A DNA stretch of 32,625 nucleotides, taken from positions 1 to 32,625 of the IMG/VR virus record IMGVR_UViG_3300037156_000269, one strand, 5' to 3'. Below the pieces are notes generated by a model, which had not been told where the DNA came from, ran no database searches, and was given only the letters and a program-made list of their open reading frames with translations. The position numbers and the translations under genes were made by a program. The DNA comes from a virus (Duplodnaviria > Heunggongvirae > Uroviricota > Caudoviricetes). Shown piece by piece: positions 17,844 to 25,819 of the stretch (its first letter is position 1; every line of letters starts with the position of its first letter).

Positions 17844-18198
17844 CGGCTGCACAAGCGTTACCGTGCATGACGAGCAATTCTGGGGCATCAAGGGAGCTCT
17901 CGGTGCTACGGGTGTCCACACACAGACTTCACAAGTCACTCACGTCGACAAACCGACTTGGGACGCGATGAGTGTCGGAATGATTGCAGAGAGCGCTGGA
18001 ACTTTTGGAGATGTGAAGCTGGCTTTTGAGCAGCTCTGTGAGATGGTCGGTCCTTCATGCACCGTAGACGTTCAGCAGCAGGCCGCGAAGATGTTCAGCA
18101 ATATCGCGGTAGCGAACGGCGGGCCTCTAAGACCAAACATGACCTTGCCGCTCCTGAAGGCTGTACAGCGCGCGAAAAAAGCAGTTCGTCCTAAATAA
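17758..18198 (+). CDS. Lipoprotein, candidate outer-membrane spanin (Rz1-like)
   Basis: AAGGAG (17746-17751) lies 6 nt before an in-frame GTG at 17758, giving MAYSKRVPILTTLWLGSCILICLVALLNSG|C. It overlaps the upstream gene by 86 nt in another frame. Confidence 0.6.
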   Translation: MAYSKRVPILTTLWLGSCILICLVALLNSGCTSVTVHDEQFWGIKGALGATGVHTQTSQVTHVDKPTWDAMSVGMIAESAGTFGDVKLAFEQLCEMVGPSCTVDVQQQAAKMFSNIAVANGGPLRPNMTLPLLKAVQRAKKAVRPK

Positions 18199-18804
18199 TC
18201 AGTGGCTCGAGAGAAACTCACCGACCATCCTGGAGTAACTTAAGATAGCCTCGCTATCTATTTGACCAGGGTCAGCCATCCAGCTCACGCACAAAATACC
18301 AACGATGTTTTTTCTAACATCGTGGACGGCTGTAACCAGCACCTTGTTGTTGCCTGTTTCTGTAAATAATCTCTCTAGGAAGTTGTCGTCATTGAAGGTG
18401 TCGACTTGGAATATACTGGAGGGGCTGTCGTGAATCGCCTTGAGACTCATGACCATCTGGGTGGTCGGGATTATCGGCAGGACTAGAGGGTTAGCAACCC
18501 CCACCTTTGTGACGAAATGCGTAAGAGAGGTTTTCATTACGCTGCCACCGGATAGATAGAATTCACCGTTGAAAAATTGGTACAGGTAAACTCGGTCAGC
18601 GTTATAAGGCACACGCAGCTCAGACAGGATCTCGCGAAGGCGCACGTTCTTGTTGATCCCGCGCTCGAAGCGTTTAAATGCGCGGTCTTTCCACCAGGTC
18701 TTAAACTTAGCTCCGCCTAGAGCCAGGATGGCGAGCAGTATGACGGCGGCACTCTCCCCAAGGTTGTCGATTAAAGCCTGCAGGAGGGGACTGATATGCT
18801 CCAT
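18199..18804 (-). CDS. Single-TM protein with GAF-like domain (holin candidate, T4 T-like architecture)
   Basis: AAGGA RBS 5 nt before ATG 18804. TM segment SAAVILLAILALGG. The pattern 'ILSELR...NADRVYLYQFFNG...VHDVRKNIVGILCVSW' is GAF-like. It abuts the lysis block convergently. Confidence 0.55.
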   Translation of the reverse strand: MEHISPLLQALIDNLGESAAVILLAILALGGAKFKTWWKDRAFKRFERGINKNVRLREILSELRVPYNADRVYLYQFFNGEFYLSGGSVMKTSLTHFVTKVGVANPLVLPIIPTTQMVMSLKAIHDSPSSIFQVDTFNDDNFLERLFTETGNNKVLVTAVHDVRKNIVGILCVSWMADPGQIDSEAILSYSRMVGEFLSSH

Positions 18805-18835
18805 CTGATTCCTTTGCCATAACGCGGGGGGTTTG

Positions 18836-18848
18836 TGGTATATTACCA
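18836..18848. promoter_or_regulatory. Candidate bidirectional extended -10 promoter
   Basis: TGGTATATTACCA reads TG-G-TATATT on + and TG-G-TAATAT on -. It lies in the 65-nt gap between divergent genes, both with good RBSs. Confidence 0.55.
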
Positions 18849-18869
18849 TTGAAAATAGGAGCTTCAAAC

Positions 18870-19295
18870 ATGGCAATATCCCCGACAGTGAAATATTTCG
18901 GTCGCTTTCCCACAGTCATTGTGATGCAGTCGTCCAGCCAGTTCGACGGCTCAAGCCCTCAAGGAAGCCCTGCGGTTATCTCTCCCGGTGTTTACACGTT
19001 CCCAGCCCAGGCTGGTGGTGGGGTCTACGCCTTTCACGAAACTCCGGTGGAAGTAAAACAAATAGCGTTTGCTGGTGGCGGTACTCTGACCGTGACCAAG
19101 GTCATAGGAGTGTTTGGAGGAGCTACCGTAGCGTCTTCCGTCATTGCAGTGATCACGGGAGCAACTCCGGTTGATTTGACTCAATTTTTCTTATCGCCAG
19201 GTGAGTATCTGACAATGGTCTCGAGCGGCGGCTCAAATCCTGTTGTTTCCATCACAGCTCACGAAGCTGCTTACAGCTCTGACGGAGCTTGCTAA
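18870..19295 (+). CDS. Hypothetical beta-rich virion protein
   Basis: AGGAG RBS before ATG 18870. 141 aa, G/S/T/V-rich. Confidence 0.65.
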   Translation: MAISPTVKYFGRFPTVIVMQSSSQFDGSSPQGSPAVISPGVYTFPAQAGGGVYAFHETPVEVKQIAFAGGGTLTVTKVIGVFGGATVASSVIAVITGATPVDLTQFFLSPGEYLTMVSSGGSNPVVSITAHEAAYSSDGAC

Positions 19296-19296
19296 C

Positions 19297-19923
19297 ATGG
19301 GTTATATTCAGGCATCAATTGTCGATCGAACGGTTTACTTAAGTCTTGTGAACGTCCCGGCAACTGGTGTTCCGTACACGGCCATTACGGTTGCGATAAA
19401 AAAGCAGGGCCAGAGCTCTTTTACAACGAAGACTTTGGTATCTGCGGATTGGGTGGAGCTCGGCAACGGGCTTTACAGCATTGTTTTTTCGGCTATCGAT
19501 ACGGATACCGTTGGTGATTTTACTTTCACTATAGCGGGCGCTGCCTTCGACAATCAGGTTTTTAATGAGTTTACGATCGAGCCAGCACCGGCGCCCGGCT
19601 CACCTGTTCCGCTTCCTCAACAGTGTATTGTGAGCGGGAACGTCGCGAACATCAGCGCACTTCCGCCGTCGCGCGAGCCTCTGAAGATCGTGGCTTATTT
19701 ACCGTCGTTTCCGGCTAAATATAACGGCACGATTTTGATCGGGGATTCCCCCTATACTTTCGCCGACGCCTACGGAAACTTCTCGCTCGCTCTTGTACGA
19801 AATTCCACTGTGATTATTGAAATCAAACGCGCCGGCATCAGAGCACAGATCACCATTCCAGATGCGCCTACGGCCAACATCACGGACCTGCTCCCACCTT
19901 TTGCGACAGACTACAGTTTATAG
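19297..19923 (+). CDS. Virion structural protein (Ig-like plus prealbumin/carboxypeptidase-regulatory-like domain); paralogue of 29254-30084
   Basis: GGAG RBS before ATG 19297. 'WVELGNGLYSIVF' and C-terminal 'CIVSGNV...ADAYGNFSLALVRN...ITIPD'. Confidence 0.65.
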   Translation: MGYIQASIVDRTVYLSLVNVPATGVPYTAITVAIKKQGQSSFTTKTLVSADWVELGNGLYSIVFSAIDTDTVGDFTFTIAGAAFDNQVFNEFTIEPAPAPGSPVPLPQQCIVSGNVANISALPPSREPLKIVAYLPSFPAKYNGTILIGDSPYTFADAYGNFSLALVRNSTVIIEIKRAGIRAQITIPDAPTANITDLLPPFATDYSL

Positions 19924-19925
19924 CT

Positions 19926-19965
19926 AAAAAACCGCGCGACCGGGGTTACCCCCAGAAGACGCGGC
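19926..19965 (-). terminator. Intrinsic terminator of the antisense moron
   Basis: On -: GCCGCG-TCTT-CTGGGG-GTAA-CCCCGG-TCG-CGCGGT followed by a T run. A second hairpin AGCCAC...GTGGCT (19966-19993) precedes it, directly after the stop codon. Confidence 0.65.
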
Positions 19966-19993
19966 AGCCACTTACGAGTGATCGGTGGTGGCT

Positions 19994-20479
19994 TTAGACA
20001 GCAGTTTCAAGTGCGCGCGGTCCCTTTTTAGTGGGCCGCTGAGTCGCTTCCCAGGGACTATTGCCTGTAGTATCGGTAGTCTCTGTGCGCACGATATCAG
20101 AATCCTTTTTCCCAGAAATTACGCTGAGGAGGAGGAATCCGCCAGTGAGCGCCATAGCAGTAGCCGTAGCCTGAATTCCCACATTAGCTGCATAACGCCA
20201 GCTCAAGATGCGGGGTTGAGTCAGGTCTACAGCATAAGCCCGGAGTTGTTCCCAGCCTGCTTTTTGTAAGCAAAGGTGCCGGAAATCTTCAAGCTCTGCT
20301 ACGCTCATATCTTTTGTCTTTTTGCTTTTCGCAACGACTGCATCAGCCTTCTCTTGTGCCTTGTTGAAAAAACCCTCAATGGACTTTTCTCCCAAAAGTG
20401 CACCAACTGCTGCGTGAAGCTCATTCCCAGAATTCATAGTTCTCGTTCCCCTTTTATGTCTTTTTGTTTTTGCATTCAT
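19994..20479 (-). CDS. Hypothetical membrane-anchored protein (moron-like)
   Basis: Two candidate starts with similar RBSs (20479 and 20437) and one hydrophobic segment ATAMALTGGFLLLSVISG. It has its own terminator. Confidence 0.6.
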   Translation of the reverse strand: MNAKTKRHKRGTRTMNSGNELHAAVGALLGEKSIEGFFNKAQEKADAVVAKSKKTKDMSVAELEDFRHLCLQKAGWEQLRAYAVDLTQPRILSWRYAANVGIQATATAMALTGGFLLLSVISGKKDSDIVRTETTDTTGNSPWEATQRPTKKGPRALETAV

Positions 20480-20521
20480 TTTAGTTCCCTTCACTGATAT
20501 TGCGTACCGATCACTACTTAA

Positions 20522-20530
20522 CTTATAACA
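20522..20530 (-). promoter_or_regulatory. Possible extended -10 (TGTTATAAG) for the moron
   Basis: TG-T-TATAAG about 45 nt upstream of ATG 20479. Confidence 0.35.
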
Positions 20531-20597
20531 GGAAATAGGCAGATTTTGCCGCATTGGGTTATGACTGCAAGATGTCTGTTTGCTTGGTAGAAAACGA

Positions 20598-20626
20598 TTC
20601 GCGCGCCGCTGCAGAGATGCTATAAT
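20598..20626 (+). promoter_or_regulatory. Sigma70-type promoter upstream of the head/second fibre operon
   Basis: Perfect extended -10 TG-C-TATAAT (20618-20626), with a weak -35 TTCGCG 17 nt upstream of the hexamer. Confidence 0.65.
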
Positions 20627-20667
20627 CGTCTCGTGGTAGGTAACTTAAAAGCCTCTATGGAGTTCAA

Positions 20668-21771
20668 ATGTCGCTCTGCAACCAAGTCCTAGACCTCTCC
20701 GATGACACCAACAAGGATCTGTTAAAAGAGATTCTTAAAGAAAACACGCCTCCTGAGATGGTGAAAAAGGCTCAGCTTGCTACGCGAGAAACTCATGAGA
20801 GTCGTGGACGGAGCGATTTCGCTTTGGTTATGCTGACTAAAGAGGGCAATGAGCTTCGAAAGTTTCCACTCTTCGATGCGGCGAACACCTGGATGTCTTG
20901 TCAGTATTTCGAGAAGACAGCACACAAGCTCCCAGCTCGTGCAAAGGGCATGGCAGGGCTTATGCTTAAAAGAGCCTGTGCGATGTTTGACGTGGCCGAA
21001 ACTCCCCTGCTCAAAGAAGTGGCGAACACTCTTCTCCTTAACGGACACGTCTATCACGAAGCCTACGACATCACTAAGACGGCCCAGCCCATCTCGGTAG
21101 AGACTGTAACTCCGGATGAGTCTAAGCACTTCTACGCGTGCAACGGCCGCTATCCGATGCCGTCACCTGAGTTCGTTAAAAAAGCGAGTCAGTATTTTAC
21201 AGATCATGAGAGGGAGTTTTCTGATCCGGCTCACCGTCATGAGTTTGCGCACAACGTGCTCGAGCGCGCAAAAGAGCTTAAAGTTGAGATTGATCAAAAG
21301 GCCACTCTCGATAAATACGCCGGCGAAGGTTACGGGGACATTCTTGAAACTCAGATCCGTATTCGCCACGACCTTCTTCAGGCAAAGCCCAACATGGACG
21401 CAGCTTTGACCAAGGTGGCTTCTTTTAAAAAAGAGCTGACACCAGTCGACTTTGCAAAGCTTCTTCACACGTTCGACAAGAAAGCTTCACTCGACAAATA
21501 CTACGACGGTTATTTAGCCGATGCGTACAAATCGACCTTTGAAGTAAGATTCACCAAAACGGCTTCTGGATATAGCTGGGAGTCATCTGACGGCGTGAAT
21601 GTGTCTGAAAAAGAGCTGACAAAAGCCTTCGAAGACAGCTATGACAAGGTAAAGGGATACTTTGGGCCAACGGTTGCCGATTCTCTTAAAAAGCATGGTT
21701 GCTCTATTTTCGCTTCTCTCCCGAAGGACGCGAAGGAAGTAATTACGAAAATAGCTAAAGGAGACATTTGA
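20668..21771 (+). CDS. Head-associated protein with two DUF6582-like repeats
   Basis: 'SDFALV...RKFPLFDAANTWMSCQYF' and 'GRYPMPSPEFVKKASQYF...RHEFAHNVLERAKELKVEI' resemble the DUF6582 pattern as I recall it. Many K-x-A(S) sites. GGAG RBS. Confidence 0.55.
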   Translation: MSLCNQVLDLSDDTNKDLLKEILKENTPPEMVKKAQLATRETHESRGRSDFALVMLTKEGNELRKFPLFDAANTWMSCQYFEKTAHKLPARAKGMAGLMLKRACAMFDVAETPLLKEVANTLLLNGHVYHEAYDITKTAQPISVETVTPDESKHFYACNGRYPMPSPEFVKKASQYFTDHEREFSDPAHRHEFAHNVLERAKELKVEIDQKATLDKYAGEGYGDILETQIRIRHDLLQAKPNMDAALTKVASFKKELTPVDFAKLLHTFDKKASLDKYYDGYLADAYKSTFEVRFTKTASGYSWESSDGVNVSEKELTKAFEDSYDKVKGYFGPTVADSLKKHGCSIFASLPKDAKEVITKIAKGDI

Positions 21772-22613
21772 AGTTAAACCCGCCAACGCCCAACCTACAG
21801 CCACAGGTCGATGACGACGTACGAAAAAAGCTGAAGTTGGTTCGGGCAGGGCAGAGTATTGCCTCAAGCCTAGGGCAGGGTAATCTCGAAAAAGCTTTCG
21901 CTAAAACCATGCTCTCCGGTATCAAGCTTGCCGGATATAACCCCTTTGCAGACATCAACGCAGCTCCGCTAAGGCTCGCACAAGAGCTTAAGGTTATGGG
22001 TATTGCAGTGCTCGGCTGGACCCCCGAGACTCTCTTCTCGACTATCGATCGTATGTACTTTTCTCGCACAGAGGAACAGGTAGCCGCGGCGCTTGATAAA
22101 TTTCAGGCCACCGGCGTCATCCAGACCGAAGTCCCGATGCTGGTGCGGCAAAAGATCTACGCCATCCGGATCGTCGCCTCTTCTGATACTGCGCACAATG
22201 AATGGCATATTTTTGAAAAGGTTGGCGCGGCCTTTAATGACCGTATCGCTAAGTTCGGTGTGGTCGAGAAGCTGACTCCGGGTGAGTGTGCGCGCACAAT
22301 CGGCGTTATCGAGAACATCCGCCCAGACACATACTCCGACGAAGTAAAGGCCTATATCGCGGCATCGGCCCACGAAGACGGGCTTCTCACCCTGCGCCCC
22401 TCGAAGTACTTGAAGATGGCGTCTGGCCACCTCCGTCAAATGAACAAGGACTCCATGGGGGCCTCGCTGGACCCAGAGATCGAAGATAAGATCAGCAAAA
22501 AATTAGAGCTTCTTCGCGCTAATGGCGGTAAAATCGGTGACGAGGATATTATCACAATCCAAGCACTCAAACTACTGTCGATCGATCAGATGGGCGACGA
22601 AGGGGCGACATGA
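21768..22613 (+). CDS. Hypothetical helical phage protein
   Basis: TTG start overlaps the previous stop (TTGA), with an AAGGAG RBS. 281 aa. Confidence 0.7.
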   Translation: MKLNPPTPNLQPQVDDDVRKKLKLVRAGQSIASSLGQGNLEKAFAKTMLSGIKLAGYNPFADINAAPLRLAQELKVMGIAVLGWTPETLFSTIDRMYFSRTEEQVAAALDKFQATGVIQTEVPMLVRQKIYAIRIVASSDTAHNEWHIFEKVGAAFNDRIAKFGVVEKLTPGECARTIGVIENIRPDTYSDEVKAYIAASAHEDGLLTLRPSKYLKMASGHLRQMNKDSMGASLDPEIEDKISKKLELLRANGGKIGDEDIITIQALKLLSIDQMGDEGAT

Positions 22614-23104
22614 CGCTTTTATGGGCAAGGTCCAGTAATATCGTAGACTGGTTGATCGCCCTTTTCACAGGCCAGGACTGCGCTCATTTCGCGTTCAGTT
22701 TTACGGTCAACGGCCAGCAACTTGTTTTTGAGAGCTACCTCCTCGGCACACGCACAGTTTTTTACAATACCTGGATGAAGGCAAAGGGGCGCACCGTCGT
22801 TCATCAGATCGAGGTTCCTCTTAGCGACGATGAAATCGCGGATATCTGGTCCCTGTGGGTTCAAAACTATGACGGCGAAATGTACGACTTTACTGGCGCA
22901 ATCTATACAGGGCTCATGGAGTTGCGTCAGAGAATCTTCAAAATACCTAAACCAAGACGTAATCCCTGGAGTATGAAAAATTCTTACTACTGCGATGAAG
23001 TTTACCAATTGGTGAGCGGCAAGCCAGGTTTCCCGGTTATCACACGCAGATCAAATGGGATGGACAGCCCTCACGACCTTTACACGACAGTGAGCTCGAC
23101 ATGA
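22610..23104 (+). CDS. Permuted papain-like NlpC/P60 enzyme (YiiX/YaeF-like)
   Basis: His ('QDCAHFAF') precedes 'YDF' and the catalytic Cys ('YYCDEV'), the order found in permuted NlpC/P60 proteins. ATGA overlaps on both sides. Confidence 0.7.
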   Translation: MTLLWARSSNIVDWLIALFTGQDCAHFAFSFTVNGQQLVFESYLLGTRTVFYNTWMKAKGRTVVHQIEVPLSDDEIADIWSLWVQNYDGEMYDFTGAIYTGLMELRQRIFKIPKPRRNPWSMKNSYYCDEVYQLVSGKPGFPVITRRSNGMDSPHDLYTTVSST

Positions 23105-23559
23105 TTGTGGCCTGTGTGGATGCCAATATCGTAACGTCCATAGTGACCATCGTCGACCCCAGTGTTGACGGTGGTGCGGCATACCAGGCTCTCGCGACTC
23201 AGCATCAAGTAGCGGCTGACGTGACATCTGCCTTTCCGGCTGTCCAAGTGGGGTGGCTTTTTACAGGGTCCACTCTCACCCCACCACCAAATTATGTGCC
23301 CTTAATGCGAATCACAAAACTTGCTCTGCGCCAGAGGCTAACCATTACTGAGCTCACAAATCTTCAGACAGCTTCGCTGACCAACGTTTTACTGCAAGTT
23401 CTCAAAGATAACTTAGCCGTAGCCACTTATATTGATTTGTCTTTGCCGTCGACTATCCAAGCTGTCGAAGTTCTTGTAGCTTATGGGCTCTTGACTTCAG
23501 ACAGAGCGAATACGATTTTAACTACGCCGCCTGCTGCGGGTGAAATTTATCAGGGGTAA
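23101..23559 (+). CDS. Fibre-associated / tail fibre assembly-like protein
   Basis: 'VQVGWLFTGSTLTPPP...ITKLALRQRLT..E...ATYIDL...LVAYGLLT.DRA..IL' is typical of small proteins encoded beside phage fibres. Confidence 0.6.
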   Translation: MIVACVDANIVTSIVTIVDPSVDGGAAYQALATQHQVAADVTSAFPAVQVGWLFTGSTLTPPPNYVPLMRITKLALRQRLTITELTNLQTASLTNVLLQVLKDNLAVATYIDLSLPSTIQAVEVLVAYGLLTSDRANTILTTPPAAGEIYQG

Positions 23560-25815
23560 ATGATGAAAACATATGTCGCTGGATTACAGACTTCTACCCA
23601 AACTTCTTACGCAAACAATGGCAAGACAACGATGCTTGGTCGGGCATTTCAGAAATCGATCAACTCTCAGAGCGTAATCGGACCTGCACTTACGCAATTT
23701 ATCGACGTACAGACTCTTGCTGGGTTCATTCCGTCACAGAGCTTTTTCAACCCGTCGACTGGGCACCTGTTCCTCCTTGGCCCCACATCACCAACTCCTA
23801 TCGTGGCTTTATTCAACTTCAATAATGCAACAGGTGCCTACTCTTACGTAGGTAAGGTGACCTTAGCTCTGGGCAACGTAGCTGCCACAACGTATGTTTT
23901 ACGCGGATTTAAAGTCTATGAAAATGCTGGAGTTATAAATGTTTTGGTTTCTGTTACAGGTTCAATAGCTATCAACGGCGGGACTTATGTTGGTTGGGGA
24001 TTGGCTGCATCTGATTTTACAATTGGCGGCACCAGCATTTTCTCTGCATCTGGGTCTAACCAAAAAGCTGTATACTTCCTTCAAGATCCAGCAGCAGTTG
24101 GCTCCGCTCATGTTGCTACGACTTCATGGGGTATAGCCCTACCGTACACGTCATCAAATGGTGCGGTGAATACTAAACTCTGGCAGTTTAACGGCACTCT
24201 CGCGCTCCCTCAGCTCTACTCGTGGGATCTCTCCCTCACTCCGACAGTAGCTGGAATTATTACGAACGGTATTTCGGCTCAGACAACGCTCTATGCAGGA
24301 ACTTCGCCGTCTGCCTTCTTTACAATGGGCGCATCATCGAACGGGTACGCGAACGGAGACCCTATAGTTCTTATGGCCGGCACTGGCGCGGTCCCCACTG
24401 CGTTCAGCGCATGGGCCTCGGGTACAGCACAGACTGCAGCAGTTAACGTATATTTCATTCGTGACCTTCAGCTTGTATCGGGTAATTACTACTTCAACTT
24501 AACTGCCACGACAGGCGGTGTGGCGATTACTCCAACCAGCTCGACGGCAAGCTTTTCAATGCTCCGCGCCTTCGGTACGAATACGTCGCTATTTTCACTA
24601 AAGACAGGCGTTCTCTCACCGGCATTCACCTTGGGCACGATCCTTCAGAACAACTCGTGCGGGTATGCGAACCCCATCTCGGCTCCTGCAAATACGGCCC
24701 TTAACGGTCAAGACTGTTTATACTTTATGACAACTCTTGGCCTGTATCTGGGGAAAATATCAGATCTAACATCTCTAAGCACCTCCTGGGCGTCTATGAC
24801 CTTTACAGGCATCAACATCTCCGGCACTGGCATAGATATTACGGTACCGTCAGCTGCTAACGGCACATACTCTGGACAAGGTAACGCTGCCGATATCGAT
24901 AGATTTATTTACGCAACAAACGTGTCCACTTTTGTCATAAAACCGTATCAGGCATCCAATATCACCGATGTCTTTGGTGGAGTGACAAACACTTACTATG
25001 AAACTCTAAATCCTGTGACAGTACAGGCAGGTGTCGCAGCTATCACCGACACCAGTTGCTATGGCGGCTGGTTGTTTATTTGTTCTTCCACTATTGGGCA
25101 GCGCGGTGTGGTCTTCGTGGATATGTACTCGGACGCCAACTTCGGCAACTCCGGAGTAATTTCTCCGGTTTTAAATATTCCGGCTGGATCGACCTTTAAA
25201 GAAATAAATACCATCGAACAGCTCTTTAATTACACAGACTCAATGAACTTCTGGGTTAGGAACGGTGCCACCTCCACAGATGCAGTCTTTGCTTCAGGAA
25301 CTTTACCTCTGGGCTCCCCGTCTGTGTCAGGGGCCACTTCGAATGGCTGGACTAATATCCAAACGTCTTCAGACCTTTCCGCTATAACTATCGGGCCGTT
25401 CTTTCAGTTATGCGTAACATTCCAAATCGCGACCTTACTGGCTAACACTCCTGCGCAACTAAGCGATCTTCTTTACACGGTAATTCGTACGAATGAGATT
25501 TCCGATAACTGGGAGGGCTCGGTTGACAATACCACTCAGAATGGAGCGTCACCTGCGTATACTGCGTTTAGGCTTCAGGTAGCCTACGCAACAGCCGTCC
25601 CTACGATGTATTTCCGTGCATACGATGACAACGGAAACTTAGTCGCTTCGGCAAACACGTCAGCCAATCCGACATTGTTCCAATACACAACAAATAACGG
25701 GACTAGTTGGAGTGCTCTAGGAACAGTGCCAAATACGGCACTTACTACAGAACTTCGTTACCTGTGGCCAACCCCTCCTGGTGTCCGCGTCACCAGCAGT
25801 ATCAGGGAGTCATAA
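23560..25815 (+). CDS. Large beta-rich virion protein (possible beta-propeller / receptor-binding)
   Basis: 751 aa, S/T/G/A/N-rich, no signal peptide. C-terminal 'FQYTTNNGTSW' Asp-box-like motif. Confidence 0.6.
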   Translation: MMKTYVAGLQTSTQTSYANNGKTTMLGRAFQKSINSQSVIGPALTQFIDVQTLAGFIPSQSFFNPSTGHLFLLGPTSPTPIVALFNFNNATGAYSYVGKVTLALGNVAATTYVLRGFKVYENAGVINVLVSVTGSIAINGGTYVGWGLAASDFTIGGTSIFSASGSNQKAVYFLQDPAAVGSAHVATTSWGIALPYTSSNGAVNTKLWQFNGTLALPQLYSWDLSLTPTVAGIITNGISAQTTLYAGTSPSAFFTMGASSNGYANGDPIVLMAGTGAVPTAFSAWASGTAQTAAVNVYFIRDLQLVSGNYYFNLTATTGGVAITPTSSTASFSMLRAFGTNTSLFSLKTGVLSPAFTLGTILQNNSCGYANPISAPANTALNGQDCLYFMTTLGLYLGKISDLTSLSTSWASMTFTGINISGTGIDITVPSAANGTYSGQGNAADIDRFIYATNVSTFVIKPYQASNITDVFGGVTNTYYETLNPVTVQAGVAAITDTSCYGGWLFICSSTIGQRGVVFVDMYSDANFGNSGVISPVLNIPAGSTFKEINTIEQLFNYTDSMNFWVRNGATSTDAVFASGTLPLGSPSVSGATSNGWTNIQTSSDLSAITIGPFFQLCVTFQIATLLANTPAQLSDLLYTVIRTNEISDNWEGSVDNTTQNGASPAYTAFRLQVAYATAVPTMYFRAYDDNGNLVASANTSANPTLFQYTTNNGTSWSALGTVPNTALTTELRYLWPTPPGVRVTSSIRES

Positions 25816-25819
25816 CTAA

